From the NCBI GenBank assembly GCA_963748395.1, contig CAVVIP010000002.1:97267-161266 (forward strand): a stretch of 64,000 nucleotides of DNA, written 5' to 3'. Below, piece after piece: positions 19,295 through 28,199 of this stretch. The DNA is from an uncultured Acidobacteriota bacterium (lineage in GTDB: Bacteria; Acidobacteriota; Terriglobia; Acidiferrales; UBA7541). How positions within the stretch are numbered: position 1 is the first letter of the stretch; each line of letters begins with the position of its first letter. The notes under the pieces were generated by a model, which was not told the DNA's origin, did not search any database, and saw only the letters and a list, made by a program, of their open reading frames with translations. The translations under genes and the position numbers were made by a program.

Positions 19295-20605
19295 TTAGTC
19301 GAAACTTCCCGTCACGCCCTGGAAACGGTTCGCGGCCTGCTTCAGCAGCCACTTCATGACGCGTGTGGTGCTGTAGCAATACGCGAGGTTGTAACCAAGA
19401 GTGGAGAAGCACTCAAGCTCGCATGACTTTTTCATTTCGTTGAGTTGAGTGAGCTCGAATTTCGGCTTCTCGATGGTTCCCCAGTCGTAGGTGGCGTTGT
19501 ACATCGGGAAGCAAGGCGCCAGAGTTCCGTCCGTGCGGACGATCAGCCAATTTTGGCCTGCACGGCAGCCCCAGTGCTCGCTCTTGCCGCGCATGAAGCC
19601 TTTCATATTGTTCAAGCGCGGGACGGAGTCCACCATCTTGTAGCCCGCCTGGTTCTTTTCAGCCAGCCAATCGAGCAATTCATCCACTTGCGGATAATCG
19701 GGCGGACGAATATACGTGTCGTTTTCGTGGAGATGCTTGAAGTGCTCCTGCTCCATCATCGGCGTTTCGTTGATGTGGTAGGTAGTGGCGATGCCGTGGT
19801 CGTGCGCGATCTGGGTCAGCTCGCGAACGTCATCCAGGTTCGTACGGCAAATGTTGATGTTGAAAAAGAGGGTATATCCGTAGCGATACTGGCGCCGGAC
19901 CAGATAGTCGAAGTTCTTCGCGACGTGCTCGAAAGCTTTCGGCAGGCCGGGCTTTTCCTTCACGGCATCTACGGCAAAGTTGATGGTGGCAATGCCGGCA
20001 TCTGCCAGACGGTCCGTCACATCGGGGCGCAGCAGGCGAGCATTCGTCGCCAGATACACCCAAAAGTCTTTCTTCGCGGCGTAGTAGATTACTTTATGAA
20101 CGAAATCGGGGCGCAGCAACGGCTCGCCGCCCGTGGGCGCAAGCACGCGGCACGGCGTATCGTGCAGCCAATCGATGGCGCGGCGCGCCACATCTTCGGT
20201 CATACCCTTCACGCGATTGTCATAGGACCAGCAGTAGTGACAATCGAGGTTGCATTTCCACTCAGTGAAGAGATACGAGATGATGGGCTGAAAATCGCCC
20301 GCGCGCACGCGAGACTTCAGATAAGGAAAGAGCCAGCCGCGCATATTGTCCAGGACTTTCGCCGCGCCCCACTCGCGCTTGCCGGTCCGCAGCACGGTCT
20401 CGTGAGCAGCGATGTCCGCTTCGTCGATCTCGTGAAGGAGTTCCGGATGCAGTGGAAATTCCGGTTCCGGCAGATGCTTGCCTTCGGGGGTGCGCTGAAC
20501 AGTGGGTCTGGGCGCGCTCTGGTTGAGAAGGCTGTGGATCGGAACGTCGAGGCGGTGCAGCGGAATTGGTGAGACGACGTTCTCCTGGTTATTGAGTTCG
20601 GACAT
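19295..20605 (-). CDS. radical SAM enzyme with C-terminal twitch/partial-SPASM Cys-rich domain
   Basis: CX3CX2C cluster motif CNLDCHYC (nt 20231..20254) and GGEPLL. C-terminal CX12GX4C (C347..C365) plus C395-X3-C399-X10-C410. SD TAGGAGGA before the ATG. Confidence 0.9.
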   Translation of the reverse strand: MSELNNQENVVSPIPLHRLDVPIHSLLNQSAPRPTVQRTPEGKHLPEPEFPLHPELLHEIDEADIAAHETVLRTGKREWGAAKVLDNMRGWLFPYLKSRVRAGDFQPIISYLFTEWKCNLDCHYCWSYDNRVKGMTEDVARRAIDWLHDTPCRVLAPTGGEPLLRPDFVHKVIYYAAKKDFWVYLATNARLLRPDVTDRLADAGIATINFAVDAVKEKPGLPKAFEHVAKNFDYLVRRQYRYGYTLFFNINICRTNLDDVRELTQIAHDHGIATTYHINETPMMEQEHFKHLHENDTYIRPPDYPQVDELLDWLAEKNQAGYKMVDSVPRLNNMKGFMRGKSEHWGCRAGQNWLIVRTDGTLAPCFPMYNATYDWGTIEKPKFELTQLNEMKKSCELECFSTLGYNLAYCYSTTRVMKWLLKQAANRFQGVTGSFD

Positions 20606-20826
20606 GTATCCTCCTATCTAAACTACAATTGCCGGATTTTGGGTTCGCGAACAAGCGGGTAAGATTCCCAATCACCGAGTTGCCGCCGAAGGACTCTACG
20701 ACCTCCCGCCAATTTGCGCGAGCTTCTAGCATCGGCAATGCGAGACTACCCCCCTTGCGGATAGATGCACTAAACGCCCTGTTGGACGCCGCCAATAAAC
20801 CCGATTTTGTGTTTTTTTTCAACTAT

Positions 20827-23370
20827 TTACTGTCCGCTGCCGTACCAACGGAGGGCGGCGACCCGGCGTTCCAGATCTAGGGCTATTTCCTTCGCATCCA
20901 TGCTGGACGGGAAACGGACTGGGGCCCCGATGGTTACGCGGACTTTTCCGGGAGGATGGGCGATGCGATTCTCCTTTTTCATTTCATAGAGGCCGTCCAG
21001 GCGAATCGGGATCACGGGGAGGTCGAGCTGCTTGGCGAGCAGGCCAATTCCCACGCGGAAGGGATGCAGTTCGCCATCCGGTGTAGTGAGGCCCTCCGGA
21101 AAAATAAGTGAATTCCAGCCGCGATCCGCCAGATCGCCGGCGAAGGCAAAGCTGCGCCGAAACCCAGATTCCCTAGGTAGCGGAAAAACATTGAAAAGCG
21201 CGAAGACCAGAAAATAGCTCCACCGCTCGCTACATCGTTCCAGGAAGCCCATTTCCGGTGGCGGCTTAAGCATGGTGGCGATGCGTTCGGACCTCATAGC
21301 GGTGGCGAGCCGATGGCGAAATCTTGCGGGTAGCGCGGCAAGGATCCAGCCGATGTCCACGTAGGTCACGTGATTGGAGACCACCAGGACAGGCCCGACA
21401 AGTCCGCGCAAATTTTCGCGGCCGCGAATGCGCGGCGCGGCCAGCAGGTAAGTGGCCGGCCAGACCAGCGAATAGTAGACGGCGATGCGAATGGCCGTGA
21501 CGAGCCAGTTCTGGGGCCATCGTGGATACTTGAGTTCGACTGAAGCTCTGGGCGGGTTGCGGATCAATTCTTCCACCTGGCCGAGGGTGGTGGCGTCGGA
21601 AAATTTCACGTCGCTCAAATCAACTTGATAGCGTTCTTCGAGCTCGCCCATCAGTTCGACGCGGTCCAAGGAACTCATATTCAATTGCTGGTCGAGCGCG
21701 GACTGCGCTGAAGGAGCGCCTGGCGGCCGGCCAGTGATGCGGGAGATGAGGTTTGCCAGCGAGTTTGCGTCTGGTGGCGCATCTTTTCCGCCGAAATTTC
21801 CTTCGACCGTCGCGCGGACGCGCTGCAAAACCGGTTTCTGCGTCGGGGTGCGCGGGAAGTCCGGCTCCGGCCAGACGAACCAGCGCCGCATCCGTTGAAA
21901 ATCCGCTAACGACTGATTCGCGGCGGCGACGAGGGGAGCTGGATCCTTGGCGGGATCGTCCAGCAGAAGAACGGCGCAGGGTTCGGCGTTACCGTCGCGT
22001 TCGATGCCCAGAACCACGCAGTCCTTTACTCCTGGTTGCTCACGCAGGGCGCGCTCCAGATCTTCGGGATAGATATTCATCCCGGCCGGCGTGACGATTA
22101 CGTTTTTCTGGCGGCCCTTAAAATAGAGCTGGCCAGTTTCGTCCACCTGCGCCAGATCGCCGGTGTGGAACCAACCGTCGCCTTCCACCACTGGCTGAAG
22201 CTCTTTGTTGTGCCAATAACCCGCGGCAACATTTTCGCCGCGAACCAGAATCTCGCCCTCCGGGCTGACTTTCATTTCCAGCCCGGGAAACAACTTGCCG
22301 ATGGAACCTTTTCCGAGGCGGAACGGATGATTGAGGCTGATAAGCGCGGTCGTTTCGGTCATCCCATATCCTTGAATCACCGCGTAGCCGAGACGATTCC
22401 AAAAGGATTCGACAGCGCCTGGCAGCGCCGCACCTCCTGAAATAAAGGCCCAGAATTTCCATCCCAGCAAACGATGGATTTTCCGAAAGCGCCACCAACG
22501 ACGGAGAAAATGCTGACCTTCGGCCTCCGTAAAATCCTGTTGGAACTTTCCAGACCCGCCGGCGGACTCAACGCGGCGCTCCACCTCACGCTGCAGCGAT
22601 TCCAGCAATCGCGGGACGGCGACCAACACCGATACCCGCTCGCGCCGGATCGTTTCCAGTAAATCGCTCGGATTGAAAGTTTCTAGAAAGATGGTGGTGG
22701 CGCCCAGCAGCGGGGGAATGAAAATCGCAAGCAGTTGGCCGAAAACATGGCTCAAAGGGAGCAGATTGAGAAATCGCAGGGGATGAAATATACGCTCGTA
22801 GCGCAGGTACTTCTGAATTTCATGTTCGATAGGTTCGATATTGGCAAGAACGTTGGCATGGGAAATCACCACGCCGCGGGGCTCGGCGGTGGTTCCCGAG
22901 GTGAAGACAATTTCGAGCGGGTCGTTGCGAGAAAGTCGCGGCGAAGCATAGGGAGCAGCGGAGTTTCCGGCGATCGTCTCGCACAGCGATTCGAGCACCA
23001 GCACGGGAATGGCGATGCCGGCGGCAGGAACTGCGCGGGAGCACACTACGAGCTTGGCGTTGACCTGTGCCGCCACGCGCGCGGCAAATTCAGCGGTGGA
23101 AATTCGATCAATCGGCACGACGACGGCGCCGCGCAGCAGGCAGCCCCAAAACGCCACGAGCCATTCGGGACAATTCTCCGCCCAGAGGAGCACGTTGTCG
23201 CCCGCGCCGATGCCACGTGAATCCAGCTCGCGCGCAAAACGAATCGCTTCGCTGGCGATGCGGCTATAGGTCCAGCGCTCGATGCGGAAGCCGCGGAAGA
23301 AGACAATCGCGGTTTCTTCGCCTCGCTTGGCGTATTCGGAGAAAAATTCGACGAGAGATTGGCGCGCCAT
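20827..23370 (-). CDS. fused acyl-AMP/CoA ligase - acyl carrier domain - 1-acyl-glycerol-3-phosphate-type (PlsC/AGPAT) acyltransferase
   Basis: Adenylation motifs FTSGTTAEPRGV, GYGMTET, FHTGDL...KGRQKNVI. Carrier-like NMSSLDRVELMGELE (aa ~540-605). Acyltransferase motifs NHVTYVD (HX4D), FPEGLTT, VIPIRLDG (aa ~650-800). Confidence 0.88.
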   Translation of the reverse strand: MARQSLVEFFSEYAKRGEETAIVFFRGFRIERWTYSRIASEAIRFARELDSRGIGAGDNVLLWAENCPEWLVAFWGCLLRGAVVVPIDRISTAEFAARVAAQVNAKLVVCSRAVPAAGIAIPVLVLESLCETIAGNSAAPYASPRLSRNDPLEIVFTSGTTAEPRGVVISHANVLANIEPIEHEIQKYLRYERIFHPLRFLNLLPLSHVFGQLLAIFIPPLLGATTIFLETFNPSDLLETIRRERVSVLVAVPRLLESLQREVERRVESAGGSGKFQQDFTEAEGQHFLRRWWRFRKIHRLLGWKFWAFISGGAALPGAVESFWNRLGYAVIQGYGMTETTALISLNHPFRLGKGSIGKLFPGLEMKVSPEGEILVRGENVAAGYWHNKELQPVVEGDGWFHTGDLAQVDETGQLYFKGRQKNVIVTPAGMNIYPEDLERALREQPGVKDCVVLGIERDGNAEPCAVLLLDDPAKDPAPLVAAANQSLADFQRMRRWFVWPEPDFPRTPTQKPVLQRVRATVEGNFGGKDAPPDANSLANLISRITGRPPGAPSAQSALDQQLNMSSLDRVELMGELEERYQVDLSDVKFSDATTLGQVEELIRNPPRASVELKYPRWPQNWLVTAIRIAVYYSLVWPATYLLAAPRIRGRENLRGLVGPVLVVSNHVTYVDIGWILAALPARFRHRLATAMRSERIATMLKPPPEMGFLERCSERWSYFLVFALFNVFPLPRESGFRRSFAFAGDLADRGWNSLIFPEGLTTPDGELHPFRVGIGLLAKQLDLPVIPIRLDGLYEMKKENRIAHPPGKVRVTIGAPVRFPSSMDAKEIALDLERRVAALRWYGSGQ

Positions 23371-23529
23371 GGGCGGCTCAAAGTGTGCCTTAGACGAATG
23401 GATGATGGAAGAGCTTGCTGCGGCCGCGGCGCTAACTTTTTCGGCTCGCGGAAAGCCCTCACGGATGGGGTCATACGCGAGCGCCTCGAACGATTCGAGT
23501 GGTTTGCGCAGGCGTGATACTTTCTAACG

Positions 23530-24966
23530 ATGACCGCGAAGGCAGAAGTGATTGTGATCGGAGCCGGCATCACCGGCCTGGCCTGCGCTTTCCGGCTGCA
23601 GCAAGCGGGCATCCGCGTCGTGGTCCTGGAAGCGTCGGATTCGCCCGGCGGGGTGATCGCTTCGGTGGAGAGAAATGGATTCCTCTTTGAAGCCGGGCCC
23701 CAGGCTCCGCGTTTTCCGAGGGCGTTGTGGGAGCTCGTCAGCGAACTTGGGATTGAGGACGCGTTCGTGCCCGGCGATTCCCGCGCGGAACGCTACATTC
23801 TGAAAAATGGACACCTGCACAAGGCCCCGTTCTCGCCGCTGAGCTTTCTTTCGACGAAACTGGTGGATGGCGCTTCCAAGTACCGGCTTCTCACCGAGGT
23901 GTTGCGCCGATCGCGGCCGCCCGAGGGCGAGGAAACCTTGGCTGGATTTGTGCGACGCAAGTTCGATGACGACGTGCTCGCTTATCTGGTGGACCCATTC
24001 ATATCCGCGATATTTGCGGGTGACACAGAACAAATCGGAGTAGAGAGCGCGTTTCCTTTTCTGGCGCGGTGGGAACGGGAGCATGGGAGCGTGATGCGCG
24101 GCGCCATCCGGAATCGGAAACGCAGCGCACCGTCCAGTTCGCAATCGGGAACGATGCCGCAACGTGACGGGCGGAAGCTGGTGGTAACAGACGCACTGCC
24201 GACGATGGGTTCGTTTCGCCAGGGGCTTGGCACGGTTCCCAGGGCGATCGCGCACAAGTTGGGGGATTCGATTCGATTTCGGGCCAGGGCGGAAGACATC
24301 GAAGCCGTCGCGAGCAACGGAGGAACGGCTCCTCGGTGGCGGCTGCAGTTGAGCAGCGGCGAAGAGGTCACAAGCACGGCCCTGGTGGTCAGCGCACCCG
24401 CGTACGAAGCAGCGCGTCTGCTGAGGACCAGCGCACCCGAACTCAGCGCGAAGCTTTCGGAGATATACTATGCGCCGATGGCGGTGGTTTCCTCCGGATA
24501 CGATCGAGCGCAAGTGCGCAATCCGCTCAAAGGGTTCGGATTGATGATCCCGCGGCGGGAAAAGCTCAACACATTTTTCAATGTGTGGAATTCGTCCATT
24601 TTCGAGGGGCGCGCGCCGGAAGGAAAAGTTCTGCTGACGAGTTTTGCAGGCGGCGCGACGAATCCTGCGTTCGTGGAACGAGAGGAAGCGGCCATTGCAC
24701 AAATCGTTGAAGGGGAAATTGCAGGAGTGCTGGGAATCGACGGACCGCCCATCGAACGGTTTGTATGGAAATATCCGAACGCGCTGCCACAATTCAACGT
24801 GGGCCACGCACGGACGGCCGCGGCGATTCGCGAGTTAGTGAGCGGACTGCCGGGTCTGCACCTCGCGGGAAATTATCTCGAGGGCCGCTCTTTGGGGGAA
24901 TGCGTGGAGATCGGGTCGCGAACGGCAGAAGAAGTGACGCGCCAGCTTTCCACGTGCCGCATCTAA
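23530..24966 (+). CDS. hemY: protoporphyrinogen/coproporphyrinogen III oxidase, HemY family (FAD-dependent)
   Basis: N-terminal dinucleotide fold VIVIGAGITGLACAFRLQQAGIRVVVLEASDSPGG. 478 aa. C-terminal GLHLAGNYLEGRSLGECV is typical of PPOX. Confidence 0.88.
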   Translation: MTAKAEVIVIGAGITGLACAFRLQQAGIRVVVLEASDSPGGVIASVERNGFLFEAGPQAPRFPRALWELVSELGIEDAFVPGDSRAERYILKNGHLHKAPFSPLSFLSTKLVDGASKYRLLTEVLRRSRPPEGEETLAGFVRRKFDDDVLAYLVDPFISAIFAGDTEQIGVESAFPFLARWEREHGSVMRGAIRNRKRSAPSSSQSGTMPQRDGRKLVVTDALPTMGSFRQGLGTVPRAIAHKLGDSIRFRARAEDIEAVASNGGTAPRWRLQLSSGEEVTSTALVVSAPAYEAARLLRTSAPELSAKLSEIYYAPMAVVSSGYDRAQVRNPLKGFGLMIPRREKLNTFFNVWNSSIFEGRAPEGKVLLTSFAGGATNPAFVEREEAAIAQIVEGEIAGVLGIDGPPIERFVWKYPNALPQFNVGHARTAAAIRELVSGLPGLHLAGNYLEGRSLGECVEIGSRTAEEVTRQLSTCRI

Positions 24967-25024
24967 TTGGCGACGCAGCGTCATCGTGAACTGAAGATAA
25001 TCCTCAGCAGCGAAGGAGTAGCGG

Positions 25025-26068
25025 TTGTACTCACTGATTTTTGGCGCCATCGCGGTTGTTGTTGCGCTGCTCTCGGCAGGATGGGCCTACCAACGAGTGG
25101 CGACAGCTCAGGACCGGAAGAGCCACCCTGCGCCGGGTAAATTGGTGGATTTGGATAGACGCGGCCTGCATTTGCTTTCGATGGGGCAAGGCAGCCCGAC
25201 GGTGATCTTTGAATCCGGTCTAATGTCTTCTGTGCTGAGTTGGGACAAGATTCAGCCGGAGATAGCCAAGAGCACTCGCGCAGTATGTTACGACCGCGCC
25301 GGGCTTGGCTGGAGCGATCCTGGCCCCGCGCCGCGCGATGCGGAGCGAATCGTTAGCGAGCTTCAGGAACTCCTCAAGCGAGCGAGCATTCCCCCGCCGT
25401 ATATTCTCGTTGGACATTCGTTCGGCGGACTAACCACACGCCTTTTCGCCGCGCGATATCCGGAGCAGGTCGCGGGACTGATTTTGATCGACCCTGTAGT
25501 CCCGCAAGAGTGGAACCCGGCGAACGAGCAGAATCAAAAACGGATCCGCACTGGCGCGACAATCCTGCGGCGGGCCACAATGCTTTCGCAGGTCGGCGTG
25601 ATCCGATTTATTTCTCTTCTGCTGCGCGTGGGAGCGAAGCGAATTGCCGACCCACTGGTCCGACTCACGAGCAGAGGCGCACCGAAAGGCGATGGCACCA
25701 GCAGCAGTCCACTTTTTTGGAATTTGCCACCGAGTGAACGGGCGATGGCAGCTGTGTTCTGGGTCCAGCCGAAATTCACCGAAACGATAGCCAGCCAGCT
25801 GGAAAATCTTCCGCGGAGCGCCGCGCAAGTGGCAGCGGCGGAGGAGCTGGAAGGCAAGGCCGTCACCGTAATTTCAGCGGCGAATACGCCAGCGGAGCGG
25901 AAGGTGGAGCATGTTGCCATCTCTAAGCTCTCGATCTACGGGAAGCATCTGACGGCGATGCAGAGCGGCCATTGGGTGATGACGGACGAACCGAAGCTGG
26001 TCCTGGAAGCGATTCAAGAAATGATTGCGCGAACGCGCGAGCTCAGCGTGGCCAGCGCGGGCGCGTGA
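25025..26068 (+). CDS. alpha/beta hydrolase
   Basis: N-terminal TM segment. LVGHSFGG nucleophile elbow. HWVMTDEP near the C-terminus supplies the catalytic His region. Confidence 0.85.
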   Translation: MYSLIFGAIAVVVALLSAGWAYQRVATAQDRKSHPAPGKLVDLDRRGLHLLSMGQGSPTVIFESGLMSSVLSWDKIQPEIAKSTRAVCYDRAGLGWSDPGPAPRDAERIVSELQELLKRASIPPPYILVGHSFGGLTTRLFAARYPEQVAGLILIDPVVPQEWNPANEQNQKRIRTGATILRRATMLSQVGVIRFISLLLRVGAKRIADPLVRLTSRGAPKGDGTSSSPLFWNLPPSERAMAAVFWVQPKFTETIASQLENLPRSAAQVAAAEELEGKAVTVISAANTPAERKVEHVAISKLSIYGKHLTAMQSGHWVMTDEPKLVLEAIQEMIARTRELSVASAGA

Positions 26069-26090
26069 GCGCGGTGGCGACGGCTGCCGA

Positions 26091-27881
26091 CTAATTGGGC
26101 GGCGCGGCGGCCAGCTCCCTGTAAAACTTCTGCAGCGTGTAAAACGCTTGTTTGCGCTGGCCGCGGTCTGAAATCAGGCCCTTGCGATTGTAATAGTCCT
26201 GCACACCGGGGAGCGGGCGGCGCGGCGAACGAAAATCCATCAGCACCCACGGTGACATGCCGGCCAGGGATGGAATTTTCTTCAACATCGCGATTTGGTG
26301 CTCATACAAGCTCGTTTGATACTCCTCGGTCCAGCGTGCGTCCGCGCTTCCATGCGCGCCGAAGGGAGTTTCCGCGCCGAACTCGCTGACGATCAGAGGT
26401 TTATCGTAAGGCGTTTTCCATTGCAGCGCGTCGATGGATGCGATGGTGCCGTCGTACCAGCCGACATACTCATTCAAGCCTAGGACATCGAGATATTCTC
26501 CCAGCGGATCATTCAATAGCCGCGTATTCGCGTCGGGGCTTTCGGGGCGATTCAGTGCCGCGGTGACAAGGCGCGTAGAATCTAGTTCGTGCGTGTAGCC
26601 GGCCAGCTGTTTCATGAACTCCACTCTTGCGGGAGCGACGGGCGTCTCATTGCCGACGGACCAGAAAATCGCCGCGGCTCGATTGTGATCGCGGGCGATC
26701 AGGTCGCGCATTTGTTCTTCCGCAATCTGTAACGTCGCGGGATTTTTCCAATCGATGTCCCAATAAACGGGAATCTCCTCCCAAACCAGTATTCCCATTC
26801 GGTCCGCCAAATGGATCATGGCTTCGTTGTACGGATAATGAGCCAGCCGGACAAAATTACATCCGAGTTCCGTCGCCCAGCCGAGCAAGATGGCGTCATC
26901 CTCAGCAGAGAATGCTCGCCCGCCACGAAACGGCGCTTCCTCGTGCATAGAAATGCCTCGCAAGAAAATGGGTTTACCATTCAGCAAGATTTTGGTTCCG
27001 CGCGTTTCGATGGCGCGAAATCCGATTTGCTCTTCCACGCGATCGCGGGCGCCCGAAAGCGCCACGCGGTAAAGTTTAGGATTTTCCGGCGACCATAGTT
27101 GAAGCTTTGCAGCGAATTTGAATTCCGCAAAACCGTTGCCATCCGTGGTCACGCGCTGCGCGATGTTGGCCTCTGGAATTTCGATGGCCACCTGCTGCGG
27201 CTGCGTTGCGCCGTTGAGTTTCACCCATCCGGCGATTTCGCTCTGCGAGCCCTTCGCGAGTTGCACAAAGTAATCCTGGATAAAGGTTGCGGGCACTTCG
27301 ACGATGGCCACATCGCGCGTAAGGCCTCCGTAGTTCCACCAATCCGTGTTCAGAGCGGGAACGCCGTCGCTGCGGCGCGCGTTGTTCACTTCCACAACGA
27401 CGAAATTGTCACCCTCGCGCAGATCCTTGGTGATCTCAAAATTGAAAGGCGTAAACCCGCCTTGATGTCCGCCGATCGGTTTGCCGTTGAGATACACGCG
27501 CGCCTGATAATTCGCCGCGCCAAAATAGAGAAAGGTTCGAGCGACATCGTTCCGGTGATATGAAAATGATCGCTCGTACCAAACCGAGCCTTCGTAGAAG
27601 AGAAGACTCTCCCGCTGCGAGTTCCAGTCGCCCGGAACATTCAAAGTGCCAGAAGTGTCGAAATCGTATTCGACGAGATCCTGCTTGTCCTTGGGCTTGC
27701 GGTTTTCGTAATAGCGGTACTGCAGGCCAGTCTCATAGGGATCAATAATTACGTGCCATGTGCCGTTCAAGCTGACGGTGGTCCGTGCGCGAACGTTGGC
27801 GATGAGGCCTGCCGGTGACGGCGCCGCGGCGGCGCATCCGGCCGCAACGAAGAAAAGCATAATGAGACGCTTCATATTCAT
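26091..27881 (-). CDS. glycoside hydrolase family 2 (beta-glucuronidase/beta-galactosidase-like)
   Basis: Signal peptide. CNFVRLAHYPYNE and WSVGNETP (acid/base Glu region). Domain order of sugar-binding, Ig-like and TIM barrel inferred from length and motifs. Confidence 0.88.
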   Translation of the reverse strand: MNMKRLIMLFFVAAGCAAAAPSPAGLIANVRARTTVSLNGTWHVIIDPYETGLQYRYYENRKPKDKQDLVEYDFDTSGTLNVPGDWNSQRESLLFYEGSVWYERSFSYHRNDVARTFLYFGAANYQARVYLNGKPIGGHQGGFTPFNFEITKDLREGDNFVVVEVNNARRSDGVPALNTDWWNYGGLTRDVAIVEVPATFIQDYFVQLAKGSQSEIAGWVKLNGATQPQQVAIEIPEANIAQRVTTDGNGFAEFKFAAKLQLWSPENPKLYRVALSGARDRVEEQIGFRAIETRGTKILLNGKPIFLRGISMHEEAPFRGGRAFSAEDDAILLGWATELGCNFVRLAHYPYNEAMIHLADRMGILVWEEIPVYWDIDWKNPATLQIAEEQMRDLIARDHNRAAAIFWSVGNETPVAPARVEFMKQLAGYTHELDSTRLVTAALNRPESPDANTRLLNDPLGEYLDVLGLNEYVGWYDGTIASIDALQWKTPYDKPLIVSEFGAETPFGAHGSADARWTEEYQTSLYEHQIAMLKKIPSLAGMSPWVLMDFRSPRRPLPGVQDYYNRKGLISDRGQRKQAFYTLQKFYRELAAAPPN

Positions 27882-28199
27882 TTGCTCCGCCGCGAGCTAG
27901 CGGGCTGCTTCCGCATGATTCGACTTCGCGCCGAAGCAACGGCCGTCCCGGCGCCCAAAAGTGTTCGTCCCATATAGTATGTAGGTCCGCGGATGTCAAA
28001 CCGGGCGGGCTGTCGCAGCAGGATTCTGCTTGCTGTAGAAGCAGACGCCAGAAATTCGTTGACCCCGAGAGATTGAAATGCCAAAGTCGCGCGCGGCGTC
28101 GCGGTTACCGCAACCAATTTTAGCTGGATTTCTCGACCCTCGATTCCCTTCCGTGCCGGCTCGATTGCAGGCACGCGGTTCGGCGAAAGGATTAGCACG

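Noticed and set aside
19295-24966. Radical SAM gene as a heme-pathway enzyme (AhbD/HemN/HemW-like) because hemY is nearby
   Set aside because: hemY is on the opposite strand and is separated from it by the 2.5-kb ligase-ACP-acyltransferase gene. The protein lacks the HemN-type extra Cys/HNXXYW features I remember. Its second auxiliary-cluster region is not the canonical CX2CX5CX3C of AhbD-type SPASM domains.
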